Below are positions 1 through 9,427 of a DNA stretch of 64,000 nt, piece after piece. The notes below the pieces were generated by a model that did no database searches, was not told the origin of the DNA, and saw nothing but the letters and a program-made list of their open reading frames with translations. Each line of letters starts with the position of its first letter. The stretch's first letter is position 1. Origin of the DNA: an uncultured delta proteobacterium (GTDB taxonomy: Bacteria; Desulfobacterota; Desulfomonilia; UBA1062); contig CAWAUM010000005.1 of NCBI GenBank assembly GCA_963785235.1, forward strand, positions 1 to 64,000, in the 5' to 3' direction. A program made the position numbers and the translations under genes.

Positions 1-2690
1 CATCCTGGCGTGGTAAATAACGGAAACCTTCGATGTTACGTATCTGCCCCAGATCAATCTGAATCTCATGGGGGGGTTGGGGCTGCTGGCATATCTACTG
101 AGTGTGCCAGAAAGTATTGGGATTCCCGTCAAAGGCATTCATTGCTGCGCCATTCTCGCCAACCAATTCTTGGCTCGTCCAACATACCTTAAGGTCCAGC
201 CGGTACGTGGGATAGCCCAGCAGGGGTCAGGTGGCGCAGTTGAAACCCGAATGCCGATAGACCAGCAGAACCATTTGTACACCATCTACAGATGCTATCC
301 ATGTCGCTGCCTGTCCACCATGGATCAATTGATGCATACCGTTCGAGTTCCAACCGCTTCCTGATTGTGCAATAATGGGACTCTCCCGATATTTCATGTT
401 CACTATAGTTGGTTCTCGATCAATATATCGATCTCAAACGCCCTTACTTGTTCCCCATAAATTACATCATATTTCTGGGCAGCTCTGATAATTTTGTTGC
501 CATTGAATACTAAAGGATCTACCTGCTGGACGTGCTTGCTTACGCTCGATTACGGACGATCGGACTCATAGGGTGTTCAACCCATACCACTCAGGAGGTT
601 GTCCGAATAGTAAAGGTAGCAATTGCTGTCGCTGGTATCCCTAACAAACATCCACCAGGTGTTATTATAGTAGATAAGTGCTGGGTCGACGAAACCCTTC
701 CGTTACAAGGGTAGAGGAATATTGCCAATTATAGGGGAAATTTGTTGCCTCATAAATCCGAACTTCATTTACCGTATATGTTTCAGGTATCATAAAGTAC
801 CTTCCATTATACTTTAGAACAGAAGGGGTAGGGAGGGGTGGAAGCTTTCTCTGAAGAACAATCTGGTCATAGACCCAGTGCAAGACCATCGTTACTAGTA
901 GCCAGAGCTATTTGACCACCAGCGTGGGAGTATTAAAGACCTCGAAAAACATATGCCATGTCACCTGCCTGATAGAAGAGAAATGGGTCGGCAACGAAAT
1001 TGCATGTCAGATCAGTAACATCCTGTGAAGTGAGAACAGGGTTATCCCAGTGCTGATGAGTCAAAGAGAGGTAAACGGAGACTGAGTGATATTCGTCCAG
1101 TCCGGTGTAACATCAAGCGTACCGACTGCGTACATTGATAACGCGGGTGGCAGGAAAGGATCTGGCATTACCTGAAGCATCGGTTACGGTAAGATGTGAC
1201 TGTATAGGTTCCAGGATTATTAAACTGCGTCGGGCCCGGGTCTTCTATTGTTGAATCAGGTATACCCGTGCTCCGGTCCCAAAATTCCAGTGGTAATTCA
1301 GTGGGAGATTTCCGTCCGGGTCGCTGCCCACTCCCGAAGTAAAGGTAACCTGGTCTCCTACATTGATTGTGACATTTCCCAGAGGAAGGACTATCAATAA
1401 CTCCATTGGGAGGCTGATTACCCGGTTAGGAGGTTCCCAGAGACGTTAATTCTGCCATAGAGGTCCAGGCATTACTATTGACCTCTTAAGTGCCCTGAGC
1501 CTGATGAACCGACCGGATAGAGGTGATAAATAGAACTTGTTTTTCAGAGTCGCATTATTTACAAAGGTACCGATTAGCTACCGGGCTTCCCCCAGTTTGT
1601 ACCATCCACACTCACAAAGAACTCATATTGGCCGATACGCCCATTGGTCAACCATCCTGGCGTGGCAAATAAAGAAATCCTTCTATGTTGTATATCTGCC
1701 CAAGATCAATCTGAACTCGTGGGGGGTTGGGTACTGGTTAGCTCTAAACACTGTGTGTGCCAGAATGTATTTGTGTTCCCGTCAAAGGCGTTCGTTGCTG
1801 CACCATTCTCACCCATTAATTCCCTGGTATGTCTACAATCTTAGTAGACCATCCGGTATGAGGAATACAATGGTATAAACAGAAATTGGCGAAACAGTGA
1901 TCAGACGGCGTGGCGGGAGAGGGTCGGCATACCCTGAAGCATCGGTCACTGTAAAAGTGATTGTGTATGTCCCTGGATTATTAAACTGCACCGGACCTGG
2001 GTCTTCCGCTATTGAATCTGATATCCCAGAGCCAGCTCCAAAGTTCCAGCGGTAACTCAATTGGGAGGTTTCCATCGGGCCATTCCCGTCCCGGTGAAGG
2101 TAATCCGGTCTCCGCGTTATCGTAAATATTTGGTTGGACTATCAATAACTCCAATAGGAGATTGGTTACCTGAGGGGAGTCCTCCCAGTACATTTATTTC
2201 CGCCATGGAGGTCCAGGCATTGCCATGAGACTCTGTCAGTGCCCTGAGTCTGATGAACCGACCGGATAGGGAACCAAATCGACTTGTTTTGCTGAAGCAT
2301 TATTTGCAAAGGTACCTGTAGCAACCGCGCTTCCCCAGTTTATACCATCAGCACTCACATAAAATTCATATTGTCCGATGTGCCCATTTCAAGAATCATC
2401 CTGGCGTGGTAAATAGTAAAATCCCTCAATGCTGTAGGTCTGTCCCAGATCGATCTGAATTTCATGCGGAGTTCGAGGGCTGGCTCGTGACTATTGGGTG
2501 TGCCAGAAGGTACTCGAGTTCCATCAAAAGCGTTCGCTGCTGCGCCATTCTCACCTGCGAATTCCTGGCTGTCTACATATAAAAGGTGCCAACCATTTTT
2601 AGGAAGCCAATCAGCAGAAAAGCCATTTGAAAGACAAAAGATAACAAAAAGAATAGATATAGACGCTATACTAAACAATTTTCTTTTCAT
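1..2690 (-). CDS. Large secreted multidomain protein, many indels, runs off the left edge: signal peptide - F5/8 type C (discoidin) - PKD - F5/8C - PKD - GH43-like/GINT1-N beta-propeller - F5/8C
   Basis: Signal peptide MKRKLFSIASISILFVIFCLSNGFSA. Three copies of ENGAAxNAFDG..FWHT..HEIQIDLG..YLPRQD (about 2600-2190, 1860-1435, 200-1). Two copies of WNFG..EDPGPVQFNNPGTYT.TFTVTDASG (about 2170-1890, 1420-1130). Propeller motifs VADPFLF, YFMIPET, GWVEHPMSPI, ARPAG (about 1060-250). Reconstructed by hand across frames. Confidence 0.75.
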
Positions 2691-2728
2691 AGTGAAGACC
2701 CACCTATAGATAGTATTATAAGTTAAAA

Positions 2729-2744
2729 TGCAAGATAAATGCCA
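2729..2744 (-). promoter_or_regulatory. sigma54 (-24/-12) promoter for the multidomain protein
   Basis: Minus strand TGGCATTTATCTTGCA = GG-N10-GC, about 40 nt upstream of the start codon. Confidence 0.75.
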
Positions 2745-2808
2745 TGAATAATTTAATCTGCAATATTAGCAACATAGACTTTGTATGAATTGAGTCCATT
2801 ATTAGGAT

Positions 2809-2825
2809 TGTAAAAAATTTCGACA
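2809..2825. promoter_or_regulatory. Candidate enhancer-binding-protein site
   Basis: TGTAAAAAATTTCGACA (TGT-N11-ACA), about 65 nt upstream of the sigma54 promoter. A looser copy lies at 2922-2940. Confidence 0.5.
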
Positions 2826-3153
2826 CTAAATCTACAAATTAAAAAACCGTAATAATTAAATAAAAAAAATAATTCTAAATATGTTATAATTAGAATGCGT
2901 TGATATTATGTTATTATATAACGTAAAAAGAAAGCTGACACTTTAAGGTGGCCTCATTAAAGTATTGTGAAATGTAGATCGGAAATTGTTGTTCATGAAG
3001 TGGAAAATGTTTACTCATAAGTTCAGATCAACTGACGTTATTTTTGCATAAGAAATCACAGGCACTATTTAAGGTGTTGTTTGAAGGCACGGAGTTACAA
3101 TAATTTTTTAAAAAAGCAATACATAGTAGGCCCGTTTTGAATAAGTTTCAGGA

Positions 3154-4167
3154 TTAGCTGTGGCTGTCACTTAGAATATCAATTCCTAAGAGGTCCGCTG
3201 CATAACGCACCATAGTCATATCCTCTTCCTGGCAAACTTTCCCCAATCCCTCTTCCCGGTCCATGGACCCTGATCGTACAATCCCTGCGATCTCCCATGC
3301 ATAAGGGTGGAACGAGAACCGTTGCCGATGAATATGGTTGGCTAAAGCGTTCAGCAGGCAGTTCGTCGAGTTGGGGTCGGTGTCCGCAGGTTTCACCCAG
3401 CCGATGGCCTTAATCTCCCTGAGGATCGCCTCTTCATCGTATTCGGTGAAGGCAAGGGGATGGATGTTCACCGGCCATCTTTCCTGGGGCGTGGCAAGAT
3501 CCTCCTCGTTGAGGAAGTAGGGCTTCAACCAGTCCCCGGCAACCCGCAGGAGGGGATCCCTTACGGATCTTTGGGACATGCTCTGCAGCCTGGGGTTTGT
3601 CTGCATCACGGCCGATGCAATGGGTGCCTGACCTGGAGACCAGCCATAGGCAACAAGAGGTATTTGATAAGATAGGGCGGTCTTTAGTATCATGGCCTTG
3701 ACAAACCCGATGCAGGTTGTGCAGATGGAGCTTGCCCTATCCAGGGTCTTGGGGCTGTAGATCGTCTCTTTTGCTGCAAGGCCGAAGACTTGTTTCATAT
3801 CGCCGAACGGCGGTCTGAACATCAGGCTGGCAGCGCCTAAGGTATCAGTCATTTTGTGGATGTTCACCTTGGCCTGCTCGGAGATAAATCCGTTGTCAAA
3901 GGTGAAGGCCAGGACTTTGAGATTGTAGGTTCTGGTGAGCATCATGAGGGTATATGTTGAATCCTTGCCCCCGCTGTAGGCAAGCACTACATCAAAACCT
4001 TTTGGATTGCGCTTCTTCTCTATGAGTGCTTCGAAACGTTGCAGATGCTCATGCTTTTCTTCGTCAGTGGGGATGGGGGTGTTTCTGCAGTAATTGCAGA
4101 CCCCGCCTTCATCAAAGGTAATGCCCGGGAAGGTATCAGGCAGCACGCATTTCGCGCAGTAGTTCAT
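3154..4167 (-). CDS. PP-loop adenine nucleotide alpha-hydrolase, N-acetyl-sugar amidotransferase (WbuX-like) family
   Basis: N-terminal CAKC..CNYC, SGGKDS PP-loop, CTTC and STNC motifs; 337 aa. Confidence 0.75.
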   Translation of the reverse strand: MNYCAKCVLPDTFPGITFDEGGVCNYCRNTPIPTDEEKHEHLQRFEALIEKKRNPKGFDVVLAYSGGKDSTYTLMMLTRTYNLKVLAFTFDNGFISEQAKVNIHKMTDTLGAASLMFRPPFGDMKQVFGLAAKETIYSPKTLDRASSICTTCIGFVKAMILKTALSYQIPLVAYGWSPGQAPIASAVMQTNPRLQSMSQRSVRDPLLRVAGDWLKPYFLNEEDLATPQERWPVNIHPLAFTEYDEEAILREIKAIGWVKPADTDPNSTNCLLNALANHIHRQRFSFHPYAWEIAGIVRSGSMDREEGLGKVCQEEDMTMVRYAADLLGIDILSDSHS

Positions 4168-5668
4168 TTTTCAAAGTCTCCTTATCTATCTTGCCGGATG
4201 GCTTCTTTGGCAAGGATTTCAGGATGCACCAGTGCTTGGGGTGTTTATGGTCGTTAAGTTTCCGGGCAATATATGCCTTCAATGCATCCAGGTTAAAGGT
4301 CTTTTCATCCAAAGGCACGAAATATACTGCAGGCACCTCGGAAAGCAGTTCATCAGGCTTACCGATAACCGCTGCCTCATGTACGAGGCCCGACGAGATG
4401 ATGGCTTCTTCGATTTCTTTGGGCGAGACCCGCTCGCCGCCTATTTTGAGCATCTCCTTTTTTCTGCCCGTGAGGAAGATGAACCCTTCCTCGTCCTTGT
4501 GACCAAGGTCACCGGTGACAAGCCCCCAGGGTTTAAGGGCCTTCTCGGTCTCATCAAGGTCCTGCCAGTACCCCTGCATGATATTTGGGCCTGTAGCGCA
4601 AATGTTGCCGACCTCATTGGTTCCCAATTCTTTTCCAGCGTCATCCCTGATGGTTATCCGGACATCCGGTATGGGGATGCCTATGGAACCGAGCTTGTCC
4701 TTAATCAGACGGTCCGGGGGCAGATAGGTGAGCCGTGCCGATGCCTCTGTAGCGCCGTACATGATATACAGCTCTGTGGACTTAAGATGTTCTATAAGCC
4801 TTCTGGTCAGCGCAGGGGCCATGGCACCACCGGCCTGGGTTACATATCGCAGTGTCGGGATATCGGTTTTTGTGAAGATGGAGCGGTTCATGAGAATGGC
4901 AAAGGTAGACGGCACTCCGGCAAAGCCCGTTACTTCTTTCTCGGCCATTTCCTTTACTACGGCATTGGGAAAGGCAAAGCGGTTGTTGATGACAACAGAG
5001 CCTCCAGCCATGAAGTGAGTATTCAGGAGGGTTTTCCCGTACACGTAATAAAACGGCAATACTGCCATGATGCGATCGGTTTCCTTCAGATTCAGATATG
5101 AGACGATGGATGCCGTGTTCGTGCAGAGATTTCTGTGAGACAGCATGACCCCTTTCGGGCTGCCGGTGCTTCCTGATGTATAGACAATGGCAGCAAGGTC
5201 GTTCTCATGAACAATTGCCGGCGGTGCGGTGTCCGGCATGGAATCGAGATCAGTCCAGGGTATGAGGGTTTTTGATTGATCAGCAGATTGTGCCCTAGGG
5301 CTTATGGTTATGGGGATATCCAGGCCCTCAAGCCTCTCAGCCGAAGATGCTGACAGGATGCAGATCTTTGCACCTGAATTCTGGATATAGTATGTTACCT
5401 CAGCCGGCGTTGAACGGTCATGGACCTCAACGCATACACCGCCTGCCTTGAGGATGCCATAATAAGAGGCCACATTTTCAAAGGAGTTCTCCATGATGAC
5501 CAGTACACGATCAGCCTTTTTAAGCCCGCAAGACAGGAGAAGGTGTGCTATTTTGTTGGAGAGGGTATTTATCTGGGCGTAGGTGAAAGTATGTTGCGCG
5601 TGGAGCAGTGCAACCTTGTGAGGATATTTTTCACAGGAGTTTTCCAGAAATTCGTGGACGAGCTGCAC
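4136..5668 (-). CDS. Class I adenylate-forming enzyme (acyl/aminoacyl-AMP ligase)
   Basis: YTSGSTGSPKGV, MYGATEA, TGDLG and PSGKIDK motifs; 510 aa. Confidence 0.9.
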   Translation of the reverse strand: MQLVHEFLENSCEKYPHKVALLHAQHTFTYAQINTLSNKIAHLLLSCGLKKADRVLVIMENSFENVASYYGILKAGGVCVEVHDRSTPAEVTYYIQNSGAKICILSASSAERLEGLDIPITISPRAQSADQSKTLIPWTDLDSMPDTAPPAIVHENDLAAIVYTSGSTGSPKGVMLSHRNLCTNTASIVSYLNLKETDRIMAVLPFYYVYGKTLLNTHFMAGGSVVINNRFAFPNAVVKEMAEKEVTGFAGVPSTFAILMNRSIFTKTDIPTLRYVTQAGGAMAPALTRRLIEHLKSTELYIMYGATEASARLTYLPPDRLIKDKLGSIGIPIPDVRITIRDDAGKELGTNEVGNICATGPNIMQGYWQDLDETEKALKPWGLVTGDLGHKDEEGFIFLTGRKKEMLKIGGERVSPKEIEEAIISSGLVHEAAVIGKPDELLSEVPAVYFVPLDEKTFNLDALKAYIARKLNDHKHPKHWCILKSLPKKPSGKIDKETLKNELLREMRAA

Positions 5669-5670
5669 CG

Positions 5671-5923
5671 TTATTCAACACCTTTGGTCTTGAGAAAATT
5701 TACAATGTTAGTGACTGTCTCCAGATTTTCAGGCACAAGCTCCTCATCTTCGACCTTTATGGAATAGGTTGATTCCAGGAATTCAACAAGCTCGAGCACA
5801 CCGGTTGAATCCATAATGCCCTTTTCAATGAGGGAGAGGTCGATGATCAATCACAACATCGCTCCGTCCGGCTATGAAATTATCCCGGATGAATTGAATA
5901 ATAACGTTTTGAATATCAGACAT
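5671..5923 (-). CDS. Acyl carrier protein (one indel; missing from the ORF track)
   Basis: Manual translation MSDIQNVIIQFIRDNFIAGRSDVVID/DLSLIEKGIMDSTGVLELVEFLESTYSIKVEDEELVPENLETVTNIVNFLKTKGVE*. GIMDS is the phosphopantetheine site. Span 253 nt = 3n+1. Confidence 0.85.
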
Positions 5924-6037
5924 GTATTCAAACCTCTTATGATGTATTCTTTCTTTCGTTCTATCGGCATATATAAGACTAAAGATGAGATGTTTACAAC
6001 ATGATTGAAGAGCTAAGCGATGAATGCCGTCATTTTT

Positions 6038-6064
6038 GTAGGACCGCTTTCAGGCGCGATTCAT
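6038..6064 (+). repeat. Degenerate GTAG-type REP
   Basis: GTAGGACCGCTTTCAGGCGCGATTCAT; 21/27 identical to 7431-7457 and similar to 8568-8590. Confidence 0.55.
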
Positions 6065-6078
6065 GATTAAGGCCATTA

Positions 6079-7302
6079 TTAGATTGCGGCAACAGGTATT
6101 GTCTGGACATCTGGGGTCAAGGGCAAAGACAGCTCTGTCATGCAGATTAATCCACCGGGACCTACGGGTATCTTCAATTTATTGAGTACCTGAAAGTGGC
6201 GGATATCATCCTTACCGGGAGAAGCGGATTTTTTAAACTCCAGAGGATAGGCAGTGCCGTCCTGCACAATGAGCAGGTCGATCTCTTTGTTGTCCTTGTC
6301 ACGATAATAATAAAAGGGGGCCCTACGGCCATTATGCCAGTAACCTTTCAGGAGCTCGGCCATAATCCAGGTTTCCAGAATAGGGCCGGACATGGCTCCC
6401 GCTTCCAATGTCTCAGGGCTTGACCATTCCGTAAGATATGCGCACAGGCCGGTATCCAGGAAGTAGAGTTTCGGCGTTTTCACCAGACGTTTGGTAACAT
6501 TGCTATGATAGGGTTCCAACAGATAAACAATGCCCGATGCCTGCAGGATAGAAAGCCAGCTTTTTGCAGTATTGAACGCCACATCGGCATCCCTGGCCAG
6601 ATCTGCCATGTTCAGCATCTGTCCGCTACGGGCAGCAGCGGCCCTGACGAAACGCAAGAAGGCCATCTCGTTGCCAACCTTCGATAAATCACGAATATCG
6701 CGCTGCAGGTACGTCTGGACATAGGAACTATAGAACAGATCCCGATCCACCTCTTTGTGCAGGGCAATAGCAGGGAATGTTCCCCGCCAGATCAACCCAT
6801 AGAGCTCCTTCAAAGTGAGTTTGCCACCGGTACTGATTCTGTTTCGGATGTCATGGGCTACAGGCAGAAACGGCATGGACCCCTGACACTGCCCGATGAG
6901 CTCTCTTCTGGACAGGCCAAGGAGATTCACCACTCCCACACGACCGGCAAGGGATTCGGAAATGCCTTTCATGAGTTGAAATTGCTGAGAGCCGGTCAGC
7001 CAGAACCGGCCTGGTTTGCCTTCTTTGTCAACGTACATCTTAATATGAGGAAGCAGCTTTGGGGCGTACTGGATCTCGTCGATGAGCACAGGCGGCGGAA
7101 ATCTCTGCATGAAGAGAGCAGGGTCTTCCCGTGCCAGACTCAGGACCAGCGGGTCATCCAAGGTTACATACGTTCTTGATTCTTTGCTGACATGCTGGAG
7201 GAAAGTTGTCTTGCCGACCTGCCTGGCCCCTGTGACAAGGAGCACAGGGAATTGTTTCTCGGCAGTCTTGATGAACAGTTCCAGGGTGCGTGGTAAGTAC
7301 AT
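6079..7302 (-). CDS. AAA+ ATPase with DUF4143 (AAA_14 family)
   Basis: GARQVGKTT, LIDEIQ, LTGSQ, KTPKLYFLDTGL and EIDLL..LEFK motifs. Confidence 0.92.
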   Translation of the reverse strand: MYLPRTLELFIKTAEKQFPVLLVTGARQVGKTTFLQHVSKESRTYVTLDDPLVLSLAREDPALFMQRFPPPVLIDEIQYAPKLLPHIKMYVDKEGKPGRFWLTGSQQFQLMKGISESLAGRVGVVNLLGLSRRELIGQCQGSMPFLPVAHDIRNRISTGGKLTLKELYGLIWRGTFPAIALHKEVDRDLFYSSYVQTYLQRDIRDLSKVGNEMAFLRFVRAAAARSGQMLNMADLARDADVAFNTAKSWLSILQASGIVYLLEPYHSNVTKRLVKTPKLYFLDTGLCAYLTEWSSPETLEAGAMSGPILETWIMAELLKGYWHNGRRAPFYYYRDKDNKEIDLLIVQDGTAYPLEFKKSASPGKDDIRHFQVLNKLKIPVGPGGLICMTELSLPLTPDVQTIPVAAI

Positions 7303-7430
7303 GTGTTTAAATCCGCCTATTGCGTCTAAATTGCATTACGATTGCAATATAGACGATTCCTTGATGTTAGTCAACGTCAGGGTGTTTCATCGGCTCTAGG
7401 GAAATATTTGGGTTTTGGAGGATGCCAGGA

Positions 7431-7457
7431 GCAGGAGTACCTTCAGGCGAGATTCAT
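7431..7457 (+). repeat. Degenerate GTAG-type REP
   Basis: GCAGGAGTACCTTCAGGCGAGATTCAT, a direct repeat of 6038-6064. Confidence 0.45.
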
Positions 7458-7623
7458 CGAAAAGGGCTTTTCAATTTTTGCATGAGACAATTTTTTACAT
7501 GAGACCATTGAAATTCATGTTCTGATGTGTATAATGATCAAGGTTTTTCACCTGGTATTTCTCACCTAATAAAATCATCTTTGTTATTGCTGTTTTTTAT
7601 AAATCCTTTGAGGAGGTACAGAA

Positions 7624-8556
7624 ATGGAAAGGTTTCAGGAGAAGTTTCGTTCATGTTTGGCCATGGGGTGGCTTCCCGATTACCCGGATTTCCGCGATTA
7701 CACGGTTTCGACAAAACGCGTTTCGCAAAGGCTTTTACACCTGAACCAGAAGGATTCGCCGCATGCCATGCTGGTAAAGGCCGGCGTTTCCGAACCGGCA
7801 AAGGTGAAAGAGCCTGCAAAGGTTGATCTCAGGAAGTGGTGCTCGCCGGTGGAAGACCAGGGTGAACTGGGTTCATGCACTGCCCACGCGGGTGTGGGGC
7901 TCCTGGAGTATTACGAGCGCAAGGCCTTTGGGAAGCACATCGATGCATCACGCCTCTTTCTCTACAAGACCACCCGCAACCTCATCCATATGAACGGGGA
8001 TACCGGTGCATACCTGAGGTCCACCATGGAGGCCATGGCGCTCTTCGGCGCCCCGCCGGAAGAATACTGGCAGTATGACATCGGCAGGTTCGATGTTGAG
8101 CCGAATGCCTTCTGCTATTCGTTTGCGCAGAATTATCAGACACTGCAGTACATCAGGCTTGACCCTCCGGAAACCGCGAAGGAACTTCTGCTCAAGACCA
8201 TCAAGGCCAACCTTGCGGCCAAGATCCCTTCCATGTTCGGTTTCACGGTGTATGATTCCATCTCTGATGCAGACGGGAACGGCAGGATACCATTCCCGGG
8301 CGCCAAGGAGAAGGTGCTTGGGGGGCATGCCATCATGGCTGCAGGGTATGATGACAAGATGAAGATCGAGAACAGCAACAGCGGCAAGACCACGACCGGG
8401 GCTTTGCTTATCAGGAATTCCTGGGGCAGGGGCTGGGGCGAGAAGGGCTATGGCTGGCTGCCGTATGACTATGTGCTGAAAGGTTTGGCTGAGGACTGGT
8501 GGATCATGCTGAAGAATGAATGGATTGATACCGGGGAGTTCAGGCTGGACGATTAG
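7624..8556 (+). CDS. Papain-family (C1) cysteine protease
   Basis: QGELGSCTAHA (catalytic Cys), GGHAI (His) and IRNSWG (Asn). Confidence 0.92.
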   Translation: MERFQEKFRSCLAMGWLPDYPDFRDYTVSTKRVSQRLLHLNQKDSPHAMLVKAGVSEPAKVKEPAKVDLRKWCSPVEDQGELGSCTAHAGVGLLEYYERKAFGKHIDASRLFLYKTTRNLIHMNGDTGAYLRSTMEAMALFGAPPEEYWQYDIGRFDVEPNAFCYSFAQNYQTLQYIRLDPPETAKELLLKTIKANLAAKIPSMFGFTVYDSISDADGNGRIPFPGAKEKVLGGHAIMAAGYDDKMKIENSNSGKTTTGALLIRNSWGRGWGEKGYGWLPYDYVLKGLAEDWWIMLKNEWIDTGEFRLDD

Positions 8557-8567
8557 GGCTTTTATTT

Positions 8568-8662
8568 GTAGGAGCGGCTTTAGCCGCGATGTGGGGGCGG
8601 GTCTTGTGCCCGCCCCCTTTTTTTGTTTTTCACGCAATGATCGCGGCTGAAGCCCCTCCTAC
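8568..8662. repeat. Inverted GTAG-type REP pair (REPIN-like)
   Basis: GTAGGAGCGGCTTTAGCCGCGAT (8568-8590) ... ATCGCGGCTGAAGCCCCTCCTAC (8640-8662). Confidence 0.75.
8593..8624 (+). terminator. Intrinsic terminator nested between the REP pair
   Basis: GGGGGCGGG-tcttgtg-CCCGCCCCC followed by a T run. Confidence 0.75.
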
Positions 8663-8715
8663 AGGGGGTTATAGGTGTTTTCGTGCTGAAGAATCGGATT
8701 CTAAGTATTGATCTT

Positions 8716-8734
8716 TGTAACGTCATGGGTTACA
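8716..8734. promoter_or_regulatory. Probable HigA operator
   Basis: TGTAAC-N7-GTTACA palindrome immediately upstream of higB. Confidence 0.6.
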
Positions 8735-8759
8735 GTTCATTCGCGTTGAGGTCATTTGA

Positions 8760-9038
8760 ATGATAAAATCTTTCAAGCACAAAGGATTAGAACGGTTTTA
8801 TCACATGGGTGATAAGAAAGGCATCAACCCTGACCATGCACAAAAGCTTGCACGGATTCTTGACAGGTTGGATGCATCACTCAATCCCCGAGATATGGAT
8901 TTGCCGGGATACAAGCTCCATGAGTTGAAAGGAAAAGAAAAAGGCACTTGGTCGCTTTGGGTTGACGGTAATTGGAGGGTGACGTTCCAATTCAAAGGAA
9001 ACCATGCCACAGTTGTGGATTATCGTGATTATCATTAA
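8760..9038 (+). CDS. higB: HigB (RelE/ParE-fold) toxin
   Basis: MIKSFKHKGLERF..LHELKG..WSLWVDGNWRVTF..DYH; toxin-first order. Confidence 0.93.
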   Translation: MIKSFKHKGLERFYHMGDKKGINPDHAQKLARILDRLDASLNPRDMDLPGYKLHELKGKEKGTWSLWVDGNWRVTFQFKGNHATVVDYRDYH

Positions 9039-9050
9039 CAACGAAAAGGA

Positions 9051-9353
9051 GTGGCCGGCATGATCAACAAAAGGGAACCAACCCATCCAGGCGAAATTCT
9101 GAGGGAGGATGTGATCAGGCCTCTTGGTCTTACTGTTACAGAAGCTGCCAGGCGTTTGGGTGTTACCAGGAAAACCCTGTCTTCACTATTGAATTGCAGG
9201 GCGGCACTAAGCCCGGACATGGCCATAAGGATCGGACAGGCAACAAATACCTCTCCTGAGAGCTGGATGCACATGCAGGCGAAGCTCGACTTGTGGAATG
9301 CCTCGCAGAGCCCCCATAAGGTTGATGCATTCGGAAATATAAAGGCAGCATGA
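9051..9353 (+). CDS. higA: HigA antitoxin
   Basis: HPGEIL, Xre-type HTH and SPDMAIR..ESWMHMQ. The ATG at 9060 may be the true start. Confidence 0.93.
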   Translation: MAGMINKREPTHPGEILREDVIRPLGLTVTEAARRLGVTRKTLSSLLNCRAALSPDMAIRIGQATNTSPESWMHMQAKLDLWNASQSPHKVDAFGNIKAA

Positions 9354-9427
9354 ACGTCGGAAGGTATCAAATTCTAACTTTTGATTCATGACCACAAATA
9401 ATTTTAACCAGGCTGTATGGAGATGAG

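Noticed and set aside
1-2600. Dispersed repeats as a CRISPR array or DGR template/variable repeats
   Set aside because: The repeats are several hundred bp long, are protein-domain duplications with general divergence, and have no spacers, cas genes or reverse transcriptase nearby.
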